64,000 bases of DNA from an uncultured virus (IMG/VR IMGVR_UViG_3300028897_000536) (Duplodnaviria > Heunggongvirae > Uroviricota > Caudoviricetes). Location of the stretch: IMG/VR virus record IMGVR_UViG_3300028897_000536, one strand, 5' to 3'. Each line of letters starts with the position of its first letter. Position 1 is the first letter of the stretch. A model generated the notes under the pieces. The model was not told the origin of the DNA. It did not search any database and saw only the letters and a program-made list of their open reading frames with translations. Positions 8,836 through 18,962 of this stretch are shown here, piece after piece. Made by a program: the position numbers and the translations under genes.

Positions 8836-9603
8836 ATGAACTGGAATAATCCATTTGTCTTTATATTAATTGGTGGTTTAAGTTATTATATTTTTAGTAA
8901 GATTAAAGGTTTTATTTTTAAAAAAGCTTTTAGTCAAATAACAGGAGTAAAAATGAATAAAAAAGATTTTAAATTAAATGCTTCAGTTGGTAATGTATAT
9001 CGTAAAGATGGAACAGAAGTTTTTCAAGTTAATAAACTAAAGAAAGCTTTTATTCTTAATTCTCCTGTAGAATGGATTAAAGATTTAGTTTCTATATTTA
9101 ATCTTAGAAAAATTATTATTTATTTTGTAATTATAAGTAGTATATTTGCTTATGGTTATTTTAAAGGAAGAGGAAACACTCCTGTTCAAATTAATCTTGA
9201 TTATAATAAAGAATTTAAAATGAAATTAGATGGACATTATTTAGTAAAACCTAAATATAGTTCAAATTTATCTATTGTAGATGAAAAAGGTAATTTAGTT
9301 AAAGATATTAAAGCTAAAGACTTTCCTTTATTAGCAAAAAAACTAAGACCTATTGGATTTTGTTTAGAACCTATTGCAATTGTAGGAGGTAGTATAGGAG
9401 AAACTACAAGAGGATTTGAAGGCGGAGCAGGGGTTAGTTTTATTAAATATTGGAAATGGAAATTAGATACTTTTCTTACTAATAGAGGTATATATGTAGG
9501 AACTTCTTATTCAATTACTGAAAATAGCGGAGCAGGGTTAGGCGTAGGAAAAGGATTTTTAGGAGATAATAGAATTATACTTTATTATAAATTTAAATTT
9601 TAA
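8836..9603 (+). CDS. Membrane protein with two hydrophobic segments and a Gly-rich beta-strand C-terminus
   Basis: Hydrophobic stretches; GGAGVSF, GAGLGVG; terminal YKFKF. Confidence 0.6.
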   Translation: MNWNNPFVFILIGGLSYYIFSKIKGFIFKKAFSQITGVKMNKKDFKLNASVGNVYRKDGTEVFQVNKLKKAFILNSPVEWIKDLVSIFNLRKIIIYFVIISSIFAYGYFKGRGNTPVQINLDYNKEFKMKLDGHYLVKPKYSSNLSIVDEKGNLVKDIKAKDFPLLAKKLRPIGFCLEPIAIVGGSIGETTRGFEGGAGVSFIKYWKWKLDTFLTNRGIYVGTSYSITENSGAGLGVGKGFLGDNRIILYYKFKF

Positions 9604-10897
9604 AAGGAAGAGATAAAAATGAAGAAGCTAAAAAAAATATTTGAAATAGAAAGCGATAATCTTCTACAAGAATATCTCAATTACTTTATAGAGAAGATAA
9701 TATTATGGCTAAAGTGCGAGAACTAACATGCGATTGTCCTTATAGCATTATAAAAGATAAAAATACAAACCAATGCACTATTTGTGGATTACCTTTAAAA
9801 GATAAATCTGATGATTAACAAATATGAAATGCACAAATTAATAGATGATTTAAAAAGAATAGCTAGAATTATACCTATTCTTAGAGACGAAAAAAATAAA
9901 CTTCAAAGAGAAAGATTAGGACAATTAGCTTTAGATGAATTACAAAAATTGACAGATGATTTAGATGAATTAAAAGGTAATAGTCTTCCAGATTTTATTA
10001 TAGACGGTCAATGTGATAAACAAGATGAAGTAATATGTAATTTAGGATATGCTTGCGATGCTTGTCCTTATAATCGAGAAAATTTAAAAATAAAAAATCC
10101 AAAAAATGAATAAAAAATATAAACAAAAAGCTTTAAAATTCATAAAGGTCGGTAAAGAAGATCAAGTTATTGGAAAATTTGGTAATAAAATATTATTATT
10201 TTCTAGAGCAAATGAAGAAGATATTAAAAATATTGAAAAATTAAGTAATGAGGAATTATTAAATGAAGCTATAGGACTTACTTGGATGATAGAAAATGTA
10301 GGACATAGTATAAGAGATTTACAAATTGAGGAACTGTATTCAATGGAAATAGCAAGCAGAGGGTTAAATAAAGAAGCTAGAAAAAGATGGAATAAAATAA
10401 AAGACGAAAAAATTGAATAATGAAACCTAAATATAAAGTAAAAATTAGAAAAAATTGTCCTTCTTGTAATGGAGCAGGAAGATTTCCTAATGTAAGTTTA
10501 GGTAGAAAAAGCAAAGAACACGATTGGAATGAAGGAGTTTCTTGTTTAGAATGTAACGGAACTGGAAAAATAATAGAAGAGATAGAAGTATTAGATTATA
10601 AATTAACATTATGAAAAAAGTAAAAGAAAGATTAAAATTTATTGGTTATAATGGAGAATATCCTAATCTATGTTCTGGAATTTTAATTATGGAATTGGAT
10701 GGAAAAGAAATAACATTTCCGTATTCTTGTTTACAAAGTGGAGGAAGTATTTGGTTTGATGAAGAAGGATTTGAACATATAGAAAAAGGAGAATGGTCAA
10801 TATCTCAATTTCCTAAAAATTTTTCTAAAGAACTTAAAAATTACGCTAAAGAATTAGTTAATAAAAATATAGAATATGGCTGTTGCGGAGGATGTGT

Positions 10898-11347
10898 ATG
10901 AGACTTTGGAGTATTCACCCTAAATATTTAGACAGTAAAGGATTAATAGCTTTATGGAGAGAAGGATTACTTGCTCAAAAAGTATTATTAGGTAAAACTA
11001 AAGGATATAAAAATCATCCTCAATTAGATAGATTCAAAAATTGTGTAGATTCGCTTGTAATGGTTGTTAGTTATTTAGCATTTATTTATTGGGAAGGATA
11101 TATTAGAGGTTATAATTTTAATAAAGAGAAATTAATTGAATTAAGTTTTATTAGAAATAATATAAAAAAAATGAAAGTAACTACAGGACAACTTAAATAT
11201 GAATTCCAACATTTACAAAAAAAATTATATAGCAGAGATAGAAGAAAATATTTAGAAAATAAATTATCAATAATTAAAGAACCTTTAGAAGCTCATCCTT
11301 TATTTGAGGTAATAGAAGGAAATATTGAAAGTTGGGAAGTTTTATGA
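10898..11347 (+). CDS. Pyrimidine dimer DNA glycosylase / endonuclease V-like protein
   Basis: MRLWSIHPKYLDxKGLxALWREGLLAQKVL and GYKNHPQLDRF family signature. Confidence 0.85.
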   Translation: MRLWSIHPKYLDSKGLIALWREGLLAQKVLLGKTKGYKNHPQLDRFKNCVDSLVMVVSYLAFIYWEGYIRGYNFNKEKLIELSFIRNNIKKMKVTTGQLKYEFQHLQKKLYSRDRRKYLENKLSIIKEPLEAHPLFEVIEGNIESWEVL

Positions 11348-11681
11348 GCGAAAAATATACAAAATTAATGGAAGAAGTAAGCGATTGGGCTTCTGTTTTA
11401 TTAGCTACAATAGTAATTATTGGCTGTATAATTATATGGGGATAGAATGATAAAAGAAATTATAACTACATATATAAAAGAAATCAAAATAGCATTTACA
11501 GATTTTAAATATTCTTCTTGTGAATTTATTTTAGGAACCGTTTTACTGCTTTTATCGCATTATTTAGATTTAATTTCTTTATTTATAATAGGAATATTAT
11601 TAGTCTTTTTTTCATTTTATCCAACTTTTTTTATTGAATTAGAATTAAGAGACAGAAAGAAAAAAAAAGGAGGTTATTCCA

Positions 11682-11861
11682 ATGGAAGAAAAATTTAGAT
11701 GTGCTTTAAATCTTTGTCCATCATTAGATAATGTTGGAGAATTAAATTATGTCCTTACTAGAATTTGTTTAAACTATTTAGAATTAAAAGGAGAAAAAAA
11801 TCAAACTAATAACGATATTATAGATACTTTAGAAAGGGTAAAATTGAATTTAGGACGATGA
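11682..11861 (+). CDS. Short paralogue of the DUF6899-like protein at 12503
   Basis: Manual translation contains GELNYVLTRICLNYLELKGE...LERVKL, matching 12503..12766. Confidence 0.6.
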   Translation: MEEKFRCALNLCPSLDNVGELNYVLTRICLNYLELKGEKNQTNNDIIDTLERVKLNLGR

Positions 11862-12018
11862 AAAACTTAAATTTTAAATTTTGTAAATATTGTAGACAGC
11901 CTAAACATAAATTGATGGTAGGATTATTACCTACTGGAGAAGTTACTATTTTATGTAAAGATTGTGATGAAAGAATAGAAAGACTTTGGTATCAATTAAA
12001 TAATTATAATCAAAATAA

Positions 12019-12516
12019 ATGGAACAAATGAAAAAAAATAAATATAAATTAACAAGGAAAGTTAAATTTAGAAATATTTTTAAGTTATTAAAACAAAACA
12101 AAAAAACTAAGACTGTAGAATTTATAAATAAATACCATAAAAATTATAAATTATGGACAAATAAATTAGCTTATTTAGCTGGTTTAATTGATGGAGAAGG
12201 TTATCTTAAAATAGAAAAGTGGGGAACTATTAGATTAATTATTGGAATGATAGATAAAAAAACAATTTATTGGATTTATAATAATTTTGGAGGAAATGTA
12301 AAAATCCAAAAAACAAAAAAAGGAAAAAAGTTTTATGTTTGGAGAATGAATCAAGGAAAAGATTTATTTTATTTATTATTATTAGTTATTCCTTTCTTAG
12401 TTGGAAAGAAAAAAGAATTAATAAGAGCTTTTCAAAAATTAATAATTAAAATTAGTAAATTGGAACATACCTTATATTCATTTAGTAACAAGGAGGTGTA
12501 TTATCCCATATATTAA
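12019..12516 (+). mobile_element. Free-standing LAGLIDADG homing endonuclease gene
   Basis: LAYLAGLIDGEG motif; FGG...YVW pattern. Confidence 0.88.
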
Positions 12517-12766
12517 TTCTAATGACCGTAAAAAATTTCGAGATATTTTAACAGTATTAGAATCTAAATTACCTGAAATAAAGACCGAAGGAGAACTAAA
12601 TTATCTTATTACTAAGATTTGTCATATATATTTAAAGCTCAAAGGAGAGAGATATAGCACTTATAATGCCATTTTAGGAGCTCTAGAAGGGGTAAAATTG
12701 GAACTTTACCGTAAATTAGTCAGTCCATATGAAGAAAAGAAAGAGAAAGAAAATGGCTCGTTGTAA
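12503..12766 (+). CDS. DUF6899-like phage protein with a non-canonical ATC start
   Basis: AGGAGG at 12491-12496, then ATC-CCA-TAT-ATT (xPYI); GELNYLIT...GALEGVKLELYRK...PYEEKKEKENG; no in-frame ATG/GTG/TTG upstream. Confidence 0.7.
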   Translation: MPYINSNDRKKFRDILTVLESKLPEIKTEGELNYLITKICHIYLKLKGERYSTYNAILGALEGVKLELYRKLVSPYEEKKEKENGSL

Positions 12767-12854
12767 GCTCTGTAAAAAGCAAATAATTCATAAAGCTCAT
12801 ACAAATAAGGGAAATATTTTTATAATTTATGGGATTAAATAAAAGGAGTAAATA

Positions 12855-13505
12855 ATGGAAGGTAAATTAGTATTGACTTTTTATATGGCTTCGGCTATTG
12901 AACATAATCCAAATATTCAAGATACACAAGCTCAACCAGAAGATAAAGAGAAATGGAAAAGAGAAGTAAAAGATGTTTTAAACCACCCCCAAGTAGCTAT
13001 ATACGATCCAGTTGAAAGAGAAGCAACTAAAACTGGAAAACCTTCAAATCAAACATGCGATTATATTAAAAATTTAAAACGAGCAGGGCATTGGGATTTA
13101 TTTCATGCCGAATTAGATAAGATTTGGTGGGGAATGATTAATCCTCAATACGATAAAATAGAAATTATGAAGTTACTTCGTTATAGATTTTTGATTGATG
13201 GCAATACTCATGACGATTTGAACTTTTGGGGAGATATTGAAGCTGTAATTAGAAGTAATTTTATTATAGCTTATATGGAAAAAAATGTTAGAACCGTAGG
13301 TACCATTCGAGAAATTACTTATGCAGAGATGTTTAATATACCTGTATATTTAATTATTCCTGATCAATCTAAAACTGATACAAATTCTACATTAGTAGAT
13401 ATGGTTAAGAAATCAGGAGGAGAAATCTTTTATTCAGTAAAAGACTGTATAAAATATATTAAAGAAAAATATCCTGTTCCTAATGGATGGATAGAGAAAA
13501 AGTAA
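12855..13505 (+). CDS. Nucleoside 2-deoxyribosyltransferase-like (NDT-fold) protein
   Basis: YMASAI start motif, YDP, DIEAVIRSNFIIAY, GTIREI. Confidence 0.7.
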   Translation: MEGKLVLTFYMASAIEHNPNIQDTQAQPEDKEKWKREVKDVLNHPQVAIYDPVEREATKTGKPSNQTCDYIKNLKRAGHWDLFHAELDKIWWGMINPQYDKIEIMKLLRYRFLIDGNTHDDLNFWGDIEAVIRSNFIIAYMEKNVRTVGTIREITYAEMFNIPVYLIIPDQSKTDTNSTLVDMVKKSGGEIFYSVKDCIKYIKEKYPVPNGWIEKK

Positions 13506-14020
13506 GGAAAATAATGTCAAAAAAACTTCAAGCACAGGGTCGGATAAGGGAGGAAAAAGAAATAGATATTTCTATCCCTGAAGAAGAAGAAATGGATGAT
13601 AACTTAAATTCTTATGAACAGGAAGAACATTGTGGGGATAGTTAATGAAAGGGACGAGACTTCATAAGAAAGAATATCACAAGAAAAAATGTCTTTGGAA
13701 TCAGGGATTTGGGATATCTGTTCGTTGTGTTGTAGATAAGAATTTTAAAGTTAAATATTACGAATGTGAAAAATGTGGAAGTAGGTGGAATGAATCATTC
13801 TAATCCTTTTTATTTCGGTAAAGATTTTATAGTAAAAGTTCATTGTTTAAATTGCGATAAAGAAAATAAAATTATATATTTTTCTGACAAACCTACACAA
13901 ATTAAATATATCTGTAATAAATGCAAGAAAAAATTAAAGAAACTTAAATGATTACCAAATATTATGTCTTTTAATTTAGAGTTATCGAAAAAAAATACAT
14001 AATTAAAAAAGGAGATAAGA

Positions 14021-14383
14021 ATGAAAAAAGGTAAAATAAGAAAATTTTTAACAGGAGCTACAAGAGATACAGATGAAGGTAAATATGATTATGAAGGATT
14101 CTTACATCCTTTAGTTATAGAAAGATTTGGCGAATATATGAATAAACATAGAAAACAATCAGATGGTAGTTTAAGAGCTTCAGATAATTGGCAAAAAGGA
14201 TTTGGAGAAAAACATTTTGATGTTTGTATGAAAAGTCTATGGAGACATTTTCATGATTTATGGATGGAACATCGAGGATATAAAAGTAGAGAAGGAATAG
14301 ACGATGCAATTTGTGGAATTTTATTTAATACGATGGCATACTATCATAGATTATTAATGAACAGAAAGAAAAATGAAAAATAA
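14021..14383 (+). CDS. dATP/dGTP diphosphohydrolase-like protein (DUF5664-type)
   Basis: FLTGATRDTDEGKYDY, DNWQKG, SLWRH motifs. Confidence 0.8.
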   Translation: MKKGKIRKFLTGATRDTDEGKYDYEGFLHPLVIERFGEYMNKHRKQSDGSLRASDNWQKGFGEKHFDVCMKSLWRHFHDLWMEHRGYKSREGIDDAICGILFNTMAYYHRLLMNRKKNEK

Positions 14384-14801
14384 AATATCAAAAAAAGATT
14401 TATCTTATATAGCAGGAATAATAGATGGAGAAGGCTGTATAAAGATATATAAAGTAAATGCAGAAAAAATTAATAGACCAAATAATAGATATTGTTTAAA
14501 TATACAGGTTTCTATGACTACAAAAGTAATCGTTAAATTTTTATATGATTTATTTGGTGGTTATTTATATTTAGATAAAATAAATACATATAAACATCCT
14601 AATTGGAAAGATAGACAGAGATGGATAATACAGAATCAAAAATGTAAAGAATTTTTATATTTAATTTTACCTTATTTAAAATTAAAAAATAAACAAGCTA
14701 AATTAGCTTTAAAATTTTTAGATATTAAACCAGGTCATATTAAAGCCAAACATAAAATTTGGTATAAAATGAAAAAATTAAATAAAATAGGAAGACACTA
14801 A
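14373..14801 (+). mobile_element. Free-standing LAGLIDADG homing endonuclease gene
   Basis: LSYIAGIIDGEGCI, FGG, ILPYLKLKNKQA motifs. Confidence 0.88.
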
Positions 14802-15089
14802 AAATGAATTTTTATGACGGTTTATTTATAGGATTTATTATTGGAATAATAATTGAAGGATTAATATTTAAAAATATTTTTTTTATCTTTAGAAAAAAAT
14901 TTAAAAAATATCAAACACAAATATGGAAAACGAATTTGAAGCAGAAGTAGCTGGCTGGTGTAGTTATTGTAATCACGAAATCTATGTTGGAGATAATTAT
15001 GTTTATATTGATGGGGCGATGTATCATCCAGAATGTAATGAAATTAGAAATAGATTTTGTGATCCATTTGATATAGACGAAGAAGAATA

Positions 15090-15914
15090 ATGAAAGTTAT
15101 TGCAATAGATTGGAGTAATTTTTTATTTATGAGTGCATTTGCATCTTTGCACCTATCTACGCCTGCAACCTATACTGCTATGTCGATGATTTTAGGTAAT
15201 TTAAAAAGAATAGGGGTAGATAAGGACGATTTAATTCTTGTATGCTGTGATTATTTAGGTAGTTGGAGAAAAGAATATGAAGTCAAATATAAAGGAGACC
15301 GAGCAGAAAAAAGGGCAAAATCTCCTGTAGATTTCGATCGTATTTTTAAAGAATTTAATTGGATGTTAGAACAGATAGAAGAAGGAACAAATTGGCATAT
15401 TTTAAAAGCACAACATTTGGAAGCCGATGATTGGATGGCTGGAATTTGTAGGTATTATAAAGATAGGGAAATTATTTTATTAACAAGCGATAGCGATTTA
15501 GAACAATGTTGGGAATATAAAAATGTCAAAATATTCAGTCCTCATCGAAAAATGAAGAGATACAAAATAAGACCTACAAATTTTAATGTTTATAATATTA
15601 TAGCTAAAAAGATTTATAAAGAAACAGCCGATAATTTAACTCATCCTGTTTTGAGTCAAGAAGATTATGATAAAAGAATGAAAATAGTTAATTTATTAGA
15701 ATTGCCTGATTGGGTAGAAAATATTATAAAAGGAAGATTATCTAATATTAAACCAAAAACAGAATATACTAATAGATTACCATATAATACTATTAATGTT
15801 AGATATCAAGAATTATATAATGATAAAAGTAAAGTTTTAACTTATGAAGATACTCTTAAAAAATTAGAAAGAAAAAAGAAGAGATATGACAAAAAAAAGA
15901 AAAAAACAATTTAA
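15090..15914 (+). CDS. 5'-3' exonuclease / phage RNase H (FEN-like)
   Basis: IAID, WRK..YKGDR, LEADD, SDSDL acidic motifs. Confidence 0.85.
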   Translation: MKVIAIDWSNFLFMSAFASLHLSTPATYTAMSMILGNLKRIGVDKDDLILVCCDYLGSWRKEYEVKYKGDRAEKRAKSPVDFDRIFKEFNWMLEQIEEGTNWHILKAQHLEADDWMAGICRYYKDREIILLTSDSDLEQCWEYKNVKIFSPHRKMKRYKIRPTNFNVYNIIAKKIYKETADNLTHPVLSQEDYDKRMKIVNLLELPDWVENIIKGRLSNIKPKTEYTNRLPYNTINVRYQELYNDKSKVLTYEDTLKKLERKKKRYDKKKKKTI

Positions 15915-16138
15915 AATATCCTTATTAAAAGTAATAATTAAATGGTTTCAGTTATCTATAGATGAAGCTATGACAATAGCTGTATGGGTATTAGCTTGGA
16001 GTATAGCAGAGCCTTATGTTATGGAATTACCAATTAATGTAAGAGCATTAGTGATATTATTATTGATTATTATTCTACAAAGAGATGTTACTAAAATACT
16101 AAGACAAAAAAAGAAAAAGAAATAAAAAGGAGGGAAAA

Positions 16139-16630
16139 ATGAAATATGTAAAAGTCGGTAAAGTAAAAAACATGATTTTGATTAAAGATGATTCTGGAAA
16201 AGAAACTTGGTATGACACATCAAAAGCAGTAAAAACCTATGCTTCTTCTAACTTTAAAGAAGGAGACAATATTGAAATTACATCAGCTCCGCAAGCTGGA
16301 AAAGCTTTACAATTTGTAAGTAGAGTAACAAAACCTGGACAAACAACGCTTCCGCCATCAACTCCGCCAGTAGCAAAATTTAATTGTGAAATTTGTGGTA
16401 AACCATTAAAAGATGATAAATATAAACTTTGTTATGAATGTAATAAAACTAAAAAATCGACTTCTCCTGTAGGATTAGACGAAAAAAGTGAATTAATTAA
16501 AAGAGAAGCAGTAGCTCATGCCACTAGCAGAGCAATAAACGCCTTACAAGGACATGTAGATCCGAATAATATTTGTAGTGTTATAGAAACAATTTATAAA
16601 AAATTTCTTGATTTAGTAGAAGGTAGATAA
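16139..16630 (+). CDS. Putative ssDNA-binding (OB-like) protein with a zinc finger
   Basis: Beta-rich N-terminus, Pro/Thr linker, CEIC..CYEC; follows the exonuclease gene; function is inference. Confidence 0.35.
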   Translation: MKYVKVGKVKNMILIKDDSGKETWYDTSKAVKTYASSNFKEGDNIEITSAPQAGKALQFVSRVTKPGQTTLPPSTPPVAKFNCEICGKPLKDDKYKLCYECNKTKKSTSPVGLDEKSELIKREAVAHATSRAINALQGHVDPNNICSVIETIYKKFLDLVEGR

Positions 16631-16645
16631 AAAAAGGAGGACTAA

Positions 16646-17467
16646 ATGAGATTGATTTGGAATATTATCAAAAGATCTATCTTTTTCTTAATGGTTTTTC
16701 TATTGATTTCTTGTATAATAAACGGAGTTCTTTTATTACAAAGAAATATAGAAATTCAAGAAGAATTATTACAAATTCAAGGACAAACTTTTTTATATCT
16801 TAAAACTACATTAGATCGTTTAGAAGAAAAAATAGAAAATTTAAATGAAACTTTTCCTACTTATGAATATTTAAAATCGGTTACAGTTGTAATTTATGGA
16901 GTATCAACTAAATGTGCTTTAGAAGAAGGAGAAGAAGATCCAAAAATAATTTGTTCAGAAGATAAATGGCTAGGAACAGGAGTAATTATTAAATCAGAAG
17001 AAAATACATATATTTTAACCAATGCCCATGTAGCAGGACAAGAACTAACTGGAAAAGTAACTCTTTTTATACAAAATGATTTTCAAAAAGTAGAAGCAGA
17101 AGTAATTAAAGTTCATCAATATTTAGATTTAGCTTTACTTAAAATATCAGGTAAATTAAAAGAAAAACAGGCTATTACGAAAATTACAAATGCCAAACCT
17201 CAAGATAAAGTTTATTTAGTAGGACATCATTTAGGAAGAGAATATTTATATGGAGAAGGAGTATTTGCTGGATATGAAGGAATTAACGATATAATTCAAA
17301 TACCTTGTTTATTTGGTAATAGTGGAAGCGGAGTTTTTAATCAAAAAGGAGAATTAATAGCTCTAGTTTATGCTGTTACTAGATTTGGTTTATTTGGAAT
17401 AGATACCTCTCATGCTATTTGTATAGATGGATTAAGTATTAAAACATTTGTAGAAGATTTTTTATAA
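16646..17467 (+). CDS. Membrane-anchored trypsin-like serine protease (S1)
   Basis: N-terminal TM; LTNAHV (His), DLALL (Asp), GNSGS (Ser). Confidence 0.9.
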   Translation: MRLIWNIIKRSIFFLMVFLLISCIINGVLLLQRNIEIQEELLQIQGQTFLYLKTTLDRLEEKIENLNETFPTYEYLKSVTVVIYGVSTKCALEEGEEDPKIICSEDKWLGTGVIIKSEENTYILTNAHVAGQELTGKVTLFIQNDFQKVEAEVIKVHQYLDLALLKISGKLKEKQAITKITNAKPQDKVYLVGHHLGREYLYGEGVFAGYEGINDIIQIPCLFGNSGSGVFNQKGELIALVYAVTRFGLFGIDTSHAICIDGLSIKTFVEDFL

Positions 17468-17630
17468 TGAATTGGGATAAAATATTAAAAATTTTAATAT
17501 TACTTTCATTAGTATATATCCTTTTTTATATTAAAGGATGTGCATATAGAGATTTTACTGATAATGAAATTAGAAATTTTTTAAGAGACTGGGAAAGAGA
17601 AGAAGAAAGAAGACAGTTTGAACCACCAGA

Positions 17631-18293
17631 ATGGAGACCATGATTATATTTATTAGTTGTGTGTTAATTAGTATCATTATACACGAATTAGGACATTTAA
17701 TAGCAGGGGTTTTATGTGGAGTTAAACCTTTAGCTTTTTCTATAGGATTTGGGAGATCTTTTTTACATAAAAAAATATTTGGAATAGATTGGAGACTGTC
17801 TCCAATTTTATTAGGAGGATATTGTAAATTTAATGGAGAAGATAGTAAAATTCCTGGAGGACTTTTAGCTCAAAGATATACAAAAAAATTTATTATATTA
17901 ATAGCTGGCGTATCAATGAATTTTTTATTAGCGTTTATAACTTATATAATAAACTATAAATCATTAAAAATAGGGTTATATATAGATTTTACTTTTATTA
18001 AATGGATTTTTACTGGAATAAATATTAATGAAGGATATAATATCGTTTATTTAATTCAATCTTTAAATCTTCATCCTAATCTTTTTTTAGTCCAATTAGG
18101 AATTTTAAATTTAGTTTTAGGATTAACTAATATATTACCTATTCCTGTATTAGATGGAGCTTGGTTATGGGAATTCTGGTTAGAAAAGCCATTAGGCAAG
18201 TATTTTATTCCTTATTTAAAAATAGCTCATACAATAGGTTTTATTGTATTACATATATTAATTTTTGGTTGGATAATTAGTCAATATATTTAA
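17631..18293 (+). CDS. Site-2 intramembrane metalloprotease (M50, RseP-like, no PDZ)
   Basis: HELGH, FSIGFG, AGVSMN, NILPIPVLDG. Confidence 0.92.
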   Translation: METMIIFISCVLISIIIHELGHLIAGVLCGVKPLAFSIGFGRSFLHKKIFGIDWRLSPILLGGYCKFNGEDSKIPGGLLAQRYTKKFIILIAGVSMNFLLAFITYIINYKSLKIGLYIDFTFIKWIFTGININEGYNIVYLIQSLNLHPNLFLVQLGILNLVLGLTNILPIPVLDGAWLWEFWLEKPLGKYFIPYLKIAHTIGFIVLHILIFGWIISQYI

Positions 18294-18302
18294 AGGAGTT
18301 TT

Positions 18303-18962
18303 ATGCCAAAGACACTAATTAAAAATATTAATAAATTAAGATTTGGTATCGAAATTGAAGTTGAATTTCCTCATACAAAAGACAGTTATGTATTAATAGC
18401 TAAACATAGAATTATAAGAGGATGGGAAATGGATTATGATGGTTCTTTAGATAATGGAGCAGAATATAGACCAAAAGAAAAAAATAGATTATATTATAAT
18501 GAAGATTGTATCGATCAAATTAAAGAAATTATAGGACTTATTAAAGCTCATAGAGGAAATATCAAGCCTTCTTGTGGCTTACATATTCATGTAGATATGA
18601 AAAATTTTACTAATAAAGAAATTTGTAATATTATTAAAACTTTTATAAAAAAACAAGATACTATTTATAGAAGATTTAAAGTATTAAAAATTAGACAGGA
18701 CGATTCAGCTCAAAAAATTCCAGTAAATATAAAAAAAATAGTAAAAGAAAAGATCATTCAAGAAATAAAAGATACAGGTCAAAGTTCTAATGATAATAGC
18801 TATTTTAATGATAGGCATTATGGTTTAAATCTATTATCTTTAAATGAACATAATACTTTAGAATTTAGATTTTTTAATGGAACAATCCAATCTAAAAGAA
18901 TAAAGTCTTATTTATGCTGGGTATTAAATTTTTGTTTAAATGGAGCGAAAAGTGCGAAATAA
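18303..18962 (+). CDS. Putative amidoligase (COOH-NH2 ligase, Amidoligase_2 family)
   Basis: FGIEIEV, DGSL, CGLHIHVD, TLEFRFFNGT. Confidence 0.85.
   Translation: MPKTLIKNINKLRFGIEIEVEFPHTKDSYVLIAKHRIIRGWEMDYDGSLDNGAEYRPKEKNRLYYNEDCIDQIKEIIGLIKAHRGNIKPSCGLHIHVDMKNFTNKEICNIIKTFIKKQDTIYRRFKVLKIRQDDSAQKIPVNIKKIVKEKIIQEIKDTGQSSNDNSYFNDRHYGLNLLSLNEHNTLEFRFFNGTIQSKRIKSYLCWVLNFCLNGAKSAK

Noticed and set aside
12019..14801. Group I introns around the two LAGLIDADG genes
   Set aside because: Flanking genes look complete and overlap the nuclease ORFs directly; no room for intron core structure and no split exon seen
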